NCBI GenBank assembly: GCA_964621085.1
Contig: CAZUKY010000006.1
Coordinates: 1-52,542 of the forward strand
Length of the DNA stretch: 52,542 nucleotides
Direction: 5' to 3'
DNA from: an uncultured Gammaproteobacteria bacterium
GTDB taxonomy: Bacteria; Patescibacteriota; Patescibacteriia; JACQRZ01
Below are positions 36,760-45,403 of the stretch, piece by piece (within the stretch, counting starts at the first letter, position 1; every line of letters starts with the position of its first letter). The position numbers and the translations under genes were made by a program. The notes under the pieces were generated by a model that saw only the letters and a list, made by a program, of their open reading frames with translations, did no database searches and was not told the origin of the DNA.

Positions 36760-38571
36760 GTGAGTCACGATCCATTGCAACGAGGGAATCCGCTTCGGTA
36801 TCTGACAGTCCAGACATGGAAATATGCGGGAAACTGGCGTCCCAGAGTTGTTATCACCGTCATCCTGTTTGTCATTGCCCAGTCGGTGGATCTCTTCATT
36901 CCGCCGTTGCTCTGGGCGCGGATCATGGATACCGTTCAAGGCCAGGGTATCACTCCGGAGAGCATGCGTACGCTCGCGTTGCTGCTTGCCGGCACCTTGA
37001 TTGCGGACGTGGTGTTCTGGGTGTTTCACGGCCCGGCGCGCGTGTGGGAGTGCACGGCCGCGTTTGCCATGCGCATGCATTATCGGCGGCACTTCCTAAA
37101 GGGCGTGATGACACTGCCGCTCGAGTGGCATGTCGATCATCATTCCGGCGATACGATCGACAAGATTGGAAGAGGAGCAAGCGGATTGTATGACTTCTCT
37201 TCCCAGTCCTATGCGGTCATCTATGCCATCGTGAAGCTTGTCGGCAGCTATGCTATGCTTGCGTATTTTTCTCCGCCGGCCGGCGTGATCGTTCTTGTGA
37301 TGGTCCTGCTCACGGGATGGATCATAACACGATTTGATCGCGTGCTGGTGCGTCAGTACGACGAGCTGAATCGCGCCGAGAACGCGATCGCCGAGAGCGT
37401 TTTTGACGCGATCAGCAATATCGCGACCGCGGTCATCCTGCGGGTCGAGCGACTGGTGTTTGACGCAATCATGGCAAAAGTGGTGCAGCCCTTCGCGCTC
37501 TATCGGAAAAACTGCCGGGTCAACGAGGTCAAGTGGTTTCTCACCAATATCTGTTGCAACCTCATGGTGAGCGCTGTGTTGCTTGTCTACTTTTGGCAGC
37601 ATATCGGTACGCCTAAAGGGATACTGGTCGGCACGGTGTACCTGCTTATCAAGTACCTCGAGAACGTGAGCCAGCTGTTCTTCAATTTCGCGTACCTGTA
37701 CGGCGAAATCCTGCAACGGCGCTCAAGGGTTCGAAATGCGGAAGAGCTTGCTGTCGATTTCCGATCGGAGAGTTTCGCCAACCACGTGTTACCGCCCGAG
37801 TGGCGGCATTTGGAGGTGGCAGGACTGAACTTCTCGTATGCCGGTCCCGATACCTCTGCACAACAGCTGATCGATATTTCGTTTACGATCCTGCGCGGTG
37901 AGCGGATCGCACTTGTCGGCGCAACCGGCAGCGGCAAGACGACGCTTCTGAAGGTAATGCGCGATCTCTATCATCCCCAGTCCGGATCGCTTGTCGTGGA
38001 CGGCGTCCCGATCGCCGAGGGGTTTGCGGGCATCGCGCGCGCGATCTCGCTCATTCCCCAAGAGCCCGAGATTTTCGCCTCCACTATCTTGAAAAATGTC
38101 ACGATGGGCGCCGAACATGAGATGGCATCCGTCGCGCGATTCGTCGAGATGGCCGATTTTGCCTCTGTCGTTGAGCAGTTGCCGCGCGGATACGACTCCC
38201 TCACCAAGGAGCGAGGAGTCAGTTTGAGCGGAGGACAAAAACAGCGCCTGGCGCTTTCCCGCGGGCTTCTTGCGAGCAGCGATAAAGACATTATCCTTAT
38301 CGATGAGCCTACGAGTAGTCTGGATGCGGCAACCGAGTTGCGGGTATACCAAAACATCTTCGAGGCGTTCGCCCCCGCGACCATCATATCGTCCATTCAT
38401 CGACTGCATCTCTTGCCGCTCTTCGATCGAATCTTCATGTTCGATGCCGGACGCATCGTCGCAATCGGTACGATCGATGAGCTACTCAGCTCGTGCCGCC
38501 AGTTTCAAGAGCTGTGGCGCGCGGCAAAAGGGGAGGATGCAAACATGTTAGAAAATGCGCTGCCACTATGA
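36760..38571 (+). CDS. ABC transporter, fused permease/ATP-binding protein (exporter type)
   Basis: GTG start after AGGAGGG. 6-TM domain, then Walker A GATGSGKTT, signature LSGGQKQR, and Walker B ILIDEPTSSLD. Confidence 0.9.
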   Translation: MSHDPLQRGNPLRYLTVQTWKYAGNWRPRVVITVILFVIAQSVDLFIPPLLWARIMDTVQGQGITPESMRTLALLLAGTLIADVVFWVFHGPARVWECTAAFAMRMHYRRHFLKGVMTLPLEWHVDHHSGDTIDKIGRGASGLYDFSSQSYAVIYAIVKLVGSYAMLAYFSPPAGVIVLVMVLLTGWIITRFDRVLVRQYDELNRAENAIAESVFDAISNIATAVILRVERLVFDAIMAKVVQPFALYRKNCRVNEVKWFLTNICCNLMVSAVLLVYFWQHIGTPKGILVGTVYLLIKYLENVSQLFFNFAYLYGEILQRRSRVRNAEELAVDFRSESFANHVLPPEWRHLEVAGLNFSYAGPDTSAQQLIDISFTILRGERIALVGATGSGKTTLLKVMRDLYHPQSGSLVVDGVPIAEGFAGIARAISLIPQEPEIFASTILKNVTMGAEHEMASVARFVEMADFASVVEQLPRGYDSLTKERGVSLSGGQKQRLALSRGLLASSDKDIILIDEPTSSLDAATELRVYQNIFEAFAPATIISSIHRLHLLPLFDRIFMFDAGRIVAIGTIDELLSSCRQFQELWRAAKGEDANMLENALPL

Positions 38572-39021
38572 GGTGGTTTCGCTGTGCCCGCCCGGGATAT
38601 TCCCGGTCGGGCTTTCTTTTTGCATTCGGCATGCCCGGCAGCGGCATCCGTTTGGTTTTATGAACGCATCGAAATATTCCCGTCCGTAATTGTGGCAGAT
38701 TTCCGTATCTGGCGGGATGGTCTTGATCGCTTTCAGAAAAACCCTTTTTCCTGTGATGACCGCCTCGCAATTCGGGCGGCAGGAGTGGTTGGCATAGCGT
38801 GCCGTGTTTGACCGGGCACTGCCGTCGATCGTCCAGCGGGAGTTTACGCAAAAAAGATACCGTCCGCCTTTTTCGTCGGCTTGCGCATTCGTAAGGAGAG
38901 GGCCGATGTATTCGATAATAATCTGGCCGCGAGGTATCGCGCGGGTTGAAAAAAGTCCGAGACCGCCGCTGAGTGATCGGCGGACGGCATAGGGGCGTTC
39001 AGGGGAACCGGTGGTAGGCAT
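38566..39021 (-). CDS. SET-domain protein (putative lysine methyltransferase)
   Basis: GLGLFSTRAIPRGQIIIEY, RYANHSCRPNCEA, and ELCHNYG-type motif (EICHNYG). C-terminal Cys cluster CRCRAC. 6-nt convergent overlap with the ABC gene. Confidence 0.8.
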   Translation of the reverse strand: MPTTGSPERPYAVRRSLSGGLGLFSTRAIPRGQIIIEYIGPLLTNAQADEKGGRYLFCVNSRWTIDGSARSNTARYANHSCRPNCEAVITGKRVFLKAIKTIPPDTEICHNYGREYFDAFIKPNGCRCRACRMQKESPTGNIPGGHSETTS

Positions 39022-39100
39022 AGATACTATGTGAGACGCGAGAACAGCTTTGATTTTTCATTGTAGTGTAGATTTTTGTAAAAAAGTGTCAATCTAACAC

Positions 39101-39129
39101 TTGACAAATTTGCTCATCCGTGTTAGTAT
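39101..39129 (+). promoter_or_regulatory. Sigma-70-type promoter
   Basis: TTGACA (39101-39106), 17-nt spacer, TAGTAT (39124-39129). Confidence 0.55.
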
Positions 39130-39159
39130 TTCGGTGCACAGATGACGAGGAGGTGTATC

Positions 39160-39543
39160 ATGGTGCGCAATTCGACGGCTGGTACATGGGTTCTCCGGGC
39201 GTTTGCGGTCGTGCGACTGGTTGTCGTAGTCGTCATGGGGCTCGTGATCACGGCCATGGGATGGGCACTCCTGGCTCGGGATGCGTCCCTTGTGTACGCA
39301 GCCGAGATCCCGGACGAGACTCTGATCATCCAGATGATCACCTTCGCCCATGACGAGCTCGGCTGGAAGTGGCCTGCGACCCTGGCGTTCTACGCCGCGG
39401 TGTTCGGCCTTTCGGGGCCGTTCATCTTGGCGTGGGCCTGGCTCTCGTTCCGCAGCGACCTGTGGCTGGCAACAGTCCGCCGCACGGAGCTGCAGCCCGC
39501 CCGCCGGGTGCTGGAACCTGTTCCAGTCCCTGCAGCCGACTGA
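39160..39543 (+). CDS. Hypothetical membrane protein (127 aa)
   Basis: The ATG at 39160 lies 7 nt after GAGGAGG. Two hydrophobic helices. A terminator follows. Confidence 0.6.
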   Translation: MVRNSTAGTWVLRAFAVVRLVVVVVMGLVITAMGWALLARDASLVYAAEIPDETLIIQMITFAHDELGWKWPATLAFYAAVFGLSGPFILAWAWLSFRSDLWLATVRRTELQPARRVLEPVPVPAAD

Positions 39544-39557
39544 AACGCCGCAATGAC

Positions 39558-39589
39558 GACGCCCCCGGGCTTTTTCGGGGGCGTCTTTT
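39558..39589 (+). terminator. Intrinsic terminator
   Basis: GACGCCCCCG-(8-nt loop)-CGGGGGCGTC followed by TTTT. Confidence 0.8.
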
Positions 39590-39691
39590 CGTATTTGTCG
39601 TATTTGCTGGTGCGTGATACTCTAAAGATGAGTTATATGTGCCAGGTCTTGCTCGGCACATACAACCAAGCTAATTTTTTCATTTTAATCT

Positions 39692-40138
39692 ATGCGTGGA
39701 AAGGGATCCTGGTGTCCCGATACGGGACTGCTTATCCTGCGCCTTGGCGTCGGATCGATCTTTTTAGTTCATGGCGTCCAAAAGCTGATGACCGTCTGGT
39801 CTCCCGATCAGCCGGCGAACTGGCTTATGCGGTTTCTCTCGATCGCTGAGCCGCTGGGCGGATTGGCTCTGATCTTGGGAGTCCTGACCAGCTGGGCCGG
39901 GTTGGGACTCGCGCTGATCATGCTTGGAGCAATCTACATGAAGGCAACGCAGTGGAGTGTTGGATTTGTTGGCGCACGCGGTGCCGGATGGGAGTTTGAT
40001 CTTGCGCTCTTGGCCGGAGCGCTTGCGCTGTTTTGTCTGGGTGGCGGCAAGTATGGGCTTGAGTCCATGAAGAAAAGGGATGGAGCACAGTCAGACGGCA
40101 TGTCCCAAGACGCTCCGCAGAGCGGCGGCGGGCTTTAA
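39692..40138 (+). CDS. DoxX family membrane protein
   Basis: LLILRLGVGSIFLVHGVQKL N-terminal DoxX signature. 4 TM helices. Confidence 0.8.
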   Translation: MRGKGSWCPDTGLLILRLGVGSIFLVHGVQKLMTVWSPDQPANWLMRFLSIAEPLGGLALILGVLTSWAGLGLALIMLGAIYMKATQWSVGFVGARGAGWEFDLALLAGALALFCLGGGKYGLESMKKRDGAQSDGMSQDAPQSGGGL

Positions 40139-40156
40139 ACTCTATAAAACGAGCAT

Positions 40157-40188
40157 CAAAACACCTCGCGGTATCGCGAGGTGTTTTA
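40157..40188. terminator. Bidirectional intrinsic terminator
   Basis: AAAA-CACCTCGCG-gtat-CGCGAGGTG-TTTT between convergent genes. Confidence 0.8.
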
Positions 40189-40212
40189 GTATGTACGGCA
40201 CGGTCTTTTCGG

Positions 40213-40857
40213 TTAGCGCACGATAACATTCACGTGGAATGGCTGGATATAGGGCAGACAGGGTTCGCCAGGCGGGCAGAACGGCTCTCCGCGCGCGACA
40301 ATGGTGGCGCTACCGGGGAATTGTGCCCGATATACGGCCTGAGTGTGCGCAGAGAATCCGCCGGCGATTTGCGGCAGAACGGAAGGGTTGGTGGGGCGCA
40401 CCTGCCACTCGAGATTGCCGCCGAGCCGGAGGACAACGGTCGTGCCGGAGCGGACAAATACCGTTGTGTTGTTGTCCGCAAGCGTTATGACGCGCCGATC
40501 CTCAAAAGGGAAGTATGGGGGTATGGGAGTAGGAACGGGGGGTGGAAGGGGCTGTGGAATGGGTTGGGGGAATCCCGTCTGCCACCACCACCATGGCACG
40601 TGTTGGCGATGGGCGCGCCACCGCCAATCCGGATGCCACCGATGATCGAATCGGTGATCGAATGGCGGTCGATGGCGCGGTCCCATGCGGCGACCATCGT
40701 CATCGTCGCGATCGCCACGGAAGATGCGTGGATCGAGACGAATGTCGCCGCGCACATCAACATCCCCGCGAACCTGGCCGAGTGCGGCGTTCGTCGGCAC
40801 GAGCGCTGCCGCGAGGGTGAGGAAAAGCAGCGCAGAAAGCGCTTTTGTGCTTCTCAT
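40213..40857 (-). CDS. Secreted protein: signal peptide, Arg/His/Trp-rich segment, Pro-rich linker, C-terminal Ig-like domain
   Basis: Internal ATG at 40857 (MRSTKALSALLFLTLAAALVPTNA). The rest of track ORF 40213..41601 is antisense to the 40963..41583 gene. The C-terminal domain is paralogous to 20079..20513. Confidence 0.65.
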   Translation of the reverse strand: MRSTKALSALLFLTLAAALVPTNAALGQVRGDVDVRGDIRLDPRIFRGDRDDDDGRRMGPRHRPPFDHRFDHRWHPDWRWRAHRQHVPWWWWQTGFPQPIPQPLPPPVPTPIPPYFPFEDRRVITLADNNTTVFVRSGTTVVLRLGGNLEWQVRPTNPSVLPQIAGGFSAHTQAVYRAQFPGSATIVARGEPFCPPGEPCLPYIQPFHVNVIVR

Positions 40858-40962
40858 AGAGCGGAGTCGAATGATTATGAATAATGATCGTATCTCTAAT
40901 ACGGATACCAGGTCCGGATGTTTAGAGGGTAAAGCGACAGGCGGTTTAAACAAAAATATTGT

Positions 40963-41583
40963 ATGTTTGCGCGCATACCTTTCAGCGGCGGGACGATTGG
41001 CGCGATTCTGCGGATACCGCAGAGTGCCCGCGGCTGCGTCATATTCGCCAACGCGGCTGTCACGGCGCGGTTTTCCGAGAAAAATAATTACGCCGCACAT
41101 CTTCTTTTTGAGCGAGGGTATGCCGTACTGACCGCCGATCTCTTGTTGGCACACGAGTGGGGGGCGGAGTTTTGCTTTAATATTCCGCTGCTTGAAGCTC
41201 GGCTGGATGCAGCAACCGATTGGGTGATGGGTCGCGCAGACATTCGATCGCTTCGGATCGGGTATTTCGCTACGCACACGGCCATTGCAGCGGCCCTTGC
41301 CCTGTCGGCGCGCCGAACCGGAAAGATAGGGGCGATCGTGGCGCGAAACGGACGGATCGATCTCGCATTCGATATTCTGGAACGCGTAACGACGCCGACC
41401 CTCCTTTTCTATTCCGGAGGTAATGACATCAGTATCGCGCATGCCGAGCGGATCGTCGGCCTCATCCGCGCGACCGTAGAGGTGGATGTCGCGCCGAGTG
41501 CCACGCATCTGTTTCGCGAGCGTTCGACCATCGAACGCATTATGGATTTGAGTGCAAACTGGTACGACCGGCATCTGAAGTGA
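40963..41583 (+). CDS. Dienelactone-hydrolase-like alpha/beta-fold protein, apparently lacking the nucleophile motif
   Basis: Overall pattern GxVIFA...RIGYFxxxTxxAAAL...ARNGRIDLA...TLLFYSG...SATHLF matches DLH-like proteins. GxSxG reads ATHTA, and HGSG reads ANAA. Confidence 0.7.
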   Translation: MFARIPFSGGTIGAILRIPQSARGCVIFANAAVTARFSEKNNYAAHLLFERGYAVLTADLLLAHEWGAEFCFNIPLLEARLDAATDWVMGRADIRSLRIGYFATHTAIAAALALSARRTGKIGAIVARNGRIDLAFDILERVTTPTLLFYSGGNDISIAHAERIVGLIRATVEVDVAPSATHLFRERSTIERIMDLSANWYDRHLK

Positions 41584-41643
41584 ACATATTGACACTGCCA
41601 TGACGCTGAACTACCATGCGAGCACGGATGAGGAGGCCGACTC

Positions 41644-42147
41644 GTGAGAAGTGTACCCATTGATTCTCCCCACGGTAAAAACATCATTGTCGGCTTGGCT
41701 GAGAATGATGGCCAAGCGCTCCGCTGTCGCGATCCGATCGAGCTGCATTCACTGATCCCTCTGGGTCAGTCGGTGACATACCGGTTCGTATTCGGAGCAA
41801 CCGGTCGCCTGCGGGATGAGTATCCGCATGAGGATTGTTTCCTGATGTTTGTCCCGTATGTGACGGAGATGAGCGCCTCGCTTGAGCGCGCGCTTACCGA
41901 CATGGAAATCGAGCTATCGGGAGTTCGGCAACACGGAGGGGGTACCGTGGTCATCACCCGCAATGCCGATGTTTGCTCTATCCACTTTACGGTGACGACG
42001 CATTGCGTCACGTTCATGGCTTCCAGCCGCGAAACGAGATATGCGCTGTCTCGAGCGCTTTGGATGGAGATCGGGCTTGAGCACCGGCCGCACGGCAGGT
42101 CCGCGTTGGACCGTATGTACGATGCGATAGAAGCTGCGGAGTACTGA
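41644..42147 (+). CDS. Hypothetical protein (167 aa)
   Basis: The GTG start lies 7 nt after GAGGAGG. A strong terminator follows. Confidence 0.65.
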   Translation: MRSVPIDSPHGKNIIVGLAENDGQALRCRDPIELHSLIPLGQSVTYRFVFGATGRLRDEYPHEDCFLMFVPYVTEMSASLERALTDMEIELSGVRQHGGGTVVITRNADVCSIHFTVTTHCVTFMASSRETRYALSRALWMEIGLEHRPHGRSALDRMYDAIEAAEY

Positions 42148-42174
42148 TCATGCTTTGCGAGCGTATTCGCACCG

Positions 42175-42206
42175 GCCCGCCGCCGTTAGTCGGCGGGCTA
42201 TTTTTT
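42175..42206 (+). terminator. Intrinsic terminator
   Basis: GCCCGCCG-(8-nt loop)-CGGCGGGC followed by TATTTTTT. Confidence 0.8.
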
Positions 42207-42239
42207 AGAAAAACATTACCAGAACTGCCACTGCTCACC

Positions 42240-42268
42240 TTGACTTCCCCTGTGCGTGCCCGTAGGAT
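42240..42268 (+). promoter_or_regulatory. Sigma-70-type promoter of the ECF sigma gene (very short 5' UTR)
   Basis: TTGACT (42240-42245), 17-nt spacer, TAGGAT (42263-42268). The ATG lies at 42281. Confidence 0.5.
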
Positions 42269-42280
42269 AGGGGATTCTCT

Positions 42281-42895
42281 ATGGCAGCGACAGATACCAC
42301 AAAAACGCTCATCCAGCGCGCCCAAACGGGGGACATGCGCGCATTTGAAGAGATCGTTACGACTCACGAAAAGGGGATCTTTTCCTATCTGTACGGATAT
42401 GTTCGGCAGCGTCAGGATGCCGAAGATCTTACGCAAGAGGTTTTCGTGCGCCTGTACCGGCATATTCGCATCTGCGATCCCGATCGCGGCTTCAAGTCGT
42501 GGCTTTATACGATGGCGACAAACATCATGTATGACTGGTTCCGAAAGGTGAAAAACCGCAAGGAACTCTTCTTGATCGACGACGAACATGCGAACTTTGA
42601 AACAATAGATGAGTCATCCTCGTATAGCTGGACAGACACGGCACACGCAGGTCTTGCCGCCGCGCTCGAGTCTCTACGGCCGGCATACCGCACGTCGCTC
42701 GTACTGTATTATTACGAAGAGCTTTCCTATGATGAGATTGCCAATATTCTCCAGGTCCCGCTTAATACGGTCAAAACATACCTTTATCGCGCAAAAAGCG
42801 CTTTAAAGGAGATCTTGATGGCGCGATATGGAGATGATGCTTCTGAATTATTTCAACGAGCTCAAACGGGAAAGCGAGAGCGAAATGCCGTGTAA
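42281..42895 (+). CDS. RNA polymerase sigma-70 factor, ECF subfamily
   Basis: Region 2 (DAEDLTQEVFVRLYRH...SWLYTMATN) and region 4 (LSYDEIANILQVPLNTVKTYLYRAKSAL). Confidence 0.9.
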   Translation: MAATDTTKTLIQRAQTGDMRAFEEIVTTHEKGIFSYLYGYVRQRQDAEDLTQEVFVRLYRHIRICDPDRGFKSWLYTMATNIMYDWFRKVKNRKELFLIDDEHANFETIDESSSYSWTDTAHAGLAAALESLRPAYRTSLVLYYYEELSYDEIANILQVPLNTVKTYLYRAKSALKEILMARYGDDASELFQRAQTGKRERNAV

Positions 42896-43004
42896 TCTGC
42901 ACGAAAAGATCATGCAGAGGATTTCTGAAGACACGAAGGGCGAGCTAGAAATTGAAGAAGGCGTTCCATTCCACATTGCGGAAGACTGTGGTACAATCAC
43001 GTGA
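42828..43004 (+). CDS. Possible small anti-sigma-like ORF (58 aa) overlapping the sigma gene's 3' end
   Basis: MEMMLLNYFNELKRESESEMPCNLHEKIMQRI... lies in a different frame with a 68-nt overlap. Position and the C..H motif are reminiscent of zf-HC2 anti-sigma N-termini, but there is no TM segment. Confidence 0.3.
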   Translation: MEMMLLNYFNELKRESESEMPCNLHEKIMQRISEDTKGELEIEEGVPFHIAEDCGTIT

Positions 43005-43035
43005 CTTGTTCATAAAGCCACGTGACCGCCTGTCT

Positions 43036-43401
43036 ATGCCTTCCGCACAGGATCTTTTTTTTAAAATCCAAGACGCAAAAAAACAGCAAAAAGACCTACG
43101 CTCGATGGTGAAAGATGCGCTTGAAAGCAAAAGCGGCTATCGCGATATCGTTGATCAGATGAAAGAGTTGCGGGTTAAGAAAAATCAGCTCGAGTCATCA
43201 GTGAAAGCGGAATTTTCCCGCGAGCTGGAGAAAATAGACGAGCTAAAGACTTCCATAAAAGAAGCCGAGGCAACGCTTTCGGATGCGGTGCTCTCGGCGC
43301 TCTCGCGCGGCGAGGTCGTCAAAATCCGCGATGCATACAACGCAACCTACGACCCGGTCGTGAAGGTGAGCTTTAAAAAATCGGACGAGCGGGAGGAGTA
43401 A
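43036..43401 (+). CDS. Hypothetical coiled-coil protein (121 aa)
   Basis: The ATG at 43036 lies downstream of an extended -10 (TGGTACAAT, 42989-42997). K/E-rich heptad-like sequence. Confidence 0.6.
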   Translation: MPSAQDLFFKIQDAKKQQKDLRSMVKDALESKSGYRDIVDQMKELRVKKNQLESSVKAEFSRELEKIDELKTSIKEAEATLSDAVLSALSRGEVVKIRDAYNATYDPVVKVSFKKSDEREE

Positions 43402-43465
43402 ATACTCCGTATTGAATGCCAGAGAGCGTTGAAATTTCGGCCGTATGTGATAGCATGTGGCAGAT

Positions 43466-44437
43466 ATGATTCAAGGATTCTGGCAAAAACTTCCGAAACC
43501 TTTTTTTGTCCTCGCGCCGATGGCAAACGTCACCGATGCGGCGTTTCGGCGTGTCATTGCGACGACCGCAAAGCCCGACCTCATGGTGACCGAGTTTGTC
43601 TCGGCAGATGGCCTCTGCTCTGCTGGCCGCGAGAAGCTTCTGGTCGATTTTTGGTATACGGAGGCCGAGCGACCGATCGTGGCGCAGATTTTCGGAAGCC
43701 GTCCGGAGAATTTTTACGCGGCGGCGCAGCTGATCCGCGAGTTGAAGTTTGACGGCATCGACATTAACATGGGATGCCCTGATCGCGCCGTTGAGCGGCA
43801 GGGAGCGGGTGCGGCGCTGATAAAAAATCCGTCTCGCGCCAAAGAGCTGATCGCAGCGGCACAGGAGGGCGGCGGCGGTCTGCCGGTGTCGGTAAAGACG
43901 CGCATCGGGTTCAATTCCATTGAGGTCGAGACGTGGATCCCAACGCTGCTGGAAACAGGCATTGCAGCGCTCACGATCCATGGCCGTACGCGCAAGGAAC
44001 TGTCAAAAGTCCCGGCTCACTGGGATGTTATCGGCCGCGTTGCTCAGATGGCGCGCGCCATGCGAGAGGCGGACCGGCCGCTCATTATCGGAAACGGTGA
44101 TGTCGCATCGCTGGATGAGGCGCAAGAAAAGGTACGGATCTGGGGCGTGGACGGCGTCATGATCGGGCGGGGGATTTTTGGCAATCCGTGGTTTTTTGAC
44201 CGTGCGAGAGAGATTATTCCGCTCGAACGGCGCATGCGCACACTTGTGCAGCACACGAGACTTTTTGAAGAGCTTTTTATTCGCTCAACGCTGAAGGGAT
44301 TCGACATTATGAAAAAGCACTACAAGGCCTATGTCTCGGGCTTTGACGGCGCGAAGGAGCTGCGTGTGAGGCTGATGGAGGCCAAAGACGCCGACGAGGT
44401 TGCAGAGATAATAGCCGAGGAAAGGCGAGAGATATGA
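43466..44437 (+). CDS. dus: tRNA-dihydrouridine synthase
   Basis: VLAPMANVTDAAFR, IDINMGCP, and HGRT motifs of the Dus family. The GTG at 43457 is an alternative start. Confidence 0.9.
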   Translation: MIQGFWQKLPKPFFVLAPMANVTDAAFRRVIATTAKPDLMVTEFVSADGLCSAGREKLLVDFWYTEAERPIVAQIFGSRPENFYAAAQLIRELKFDGIDINMGCPDRAVERQGAGAALIKNPSRAKELIAAAQEGGGGLPVSVKTRIGFNSIEVETWIPTLLETGIAALTIHGRTRKELSKVPAHWDVIGRVAQMARAMREADRPLIIGNGDVASLDEAQEKVRIWGVDGVMIGRGIFGNPWFFDRAREIIPLERRMRTLVQHTRLFEELFIRSTLKGFDIMKKHYKAYVSGFDGAKELRVRLMEAKDADEVAEIIAEERREI

Positions 44438-44615
44438 AAATGAAATTTTCATATCCGAGCGGCGGAGGCTGCCCGCAGGGCTATTGCTGAGACATCTCCG
44501 GCTATTCCGAAACAAACAGCGACCCGCAACCAGTAAGAAGAAAGTGTGCGCAGACGTCGGTGTATAGCGAGGCCCCGGGATGTATCCCGGAAACTCGTTT
44601 TAATCGTATGACGTC

Positions 44616-45098
44616 ATGCGTATGCAGCGCAATATCAACGTAAATCCGCCGGAAGGCCAGAGTGCCGCAGGCGGAGGGCCGGCATTCCTGATCGGCGTTC
44701 TTATCGTCTTGGCACTCGTTCTGTTGTTTTTCTTCTTCATTCTTCCGGCATTTCGGGCGCCGTCGCCGACGCTTCCGCCGGGCGCGCCGGGAATCCAGTC
44801 GGTTCCCCAAGATGAACAGCAAGAACAGCGACAGGAAGAGTCCCCTGAGGGCCAGCAGGATATTCGGCAGTTCGAGACAGAGGAAGCTCCTAAGAATGGC
44901 GATCAGGATGGTTCCGGACAGCCCGATCAGCAGCGAGATCAGGACCGCCAGCAAAACCAGCAGCAAGATCAGCAGCAGAACGGCACCCAGAAAGACGGTA
45001 CAGAGGACGCGCCTCTCCGCATATACGAGTTCGAGCAACAGCAGAACGGAGAGGGCAGCACGGATAAGCAGAACCAAAAAGAGGAAAAGAAAAATTGA
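44616..45098 (+). CDS. Membrane-anchored low-complexity Q/D/E-rich protein
   Basis: One TM helix (PAFLIGVLIVLALVLLFFFFILPAF), then a Gln/Asp/Glu-rich tail. Co-directional with its neighbours. An antisense L-rich ORF also exists, so strand assignment is uncertain. Confidence 0.45.
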   Translation: MRMQRNINVNPPEGQSAAGGGPAFLIGVLIVLALVLLFFFFILPAFRAPSPTLPPGAPGIQSVPQDEQQEQRQEESPEGQQDIRQFETEEAPKNGDQDGSGQPDQQRDQDRQQNQQQDQQQNGTQKDGTEDAPLRIYEFEQQQNGEGSTDKQNQKEEKKN

Positions 45099-45116
45099 TA
45101 GGATTTTTAACTCTCC

Positions 45117-45302
45117 ATGCGCAAAGTGGCCGATTGCAGAAAATTTCCAAGCGAGATCCCGTGCTCCGTCGTTATTAGCGGACGCGAGGAAGAGATTTTG
45201 CCGCTGACGATTTACCACGCGGTGACGGCGCACGGGCATGCCGATACGCCGGAGCTGCGCGAGCACATCCAGGCGATGCTTGAGGATGAGAAAAAAGCAT
45301 AA
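45117..45302 (+). CDS. DUF1059 family small protein
   Basis: VADCRKFPSEIPCSVVISGREEEILPLTIYHAVTAHGH resembles the DUF1059 pattern (C...C...G..eee......H....H). Confidence 0.65.
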   Translation: MRKVADCRKFPSEIPCSVVISGREEEILPLTIYHAVTAHGHADTPELREHIQAMLEDEKKA

Positions 45303-45403
45303 GCGCGATCTGTTCGACCACGCTGGCGTTTGATCCGCGACGGGAACGCATGATACACTAATCAACAGGCACCTCGCCTGTTGATTTTAATATTCGAGTA
45401 CTT

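Noticed and set aside
40858-41601. Upstream two-thirds of the 462-aa minus-strand ORF 40213..41601
   Set aside because: It is antisense to the well-supported plus-strand hydrolase-like gene (40963..41583) and is R/G/P-rich with no protein-like features. A signal peptide begins at the internal ATG at 40857, so the gene was trimmed to 40213..40857.
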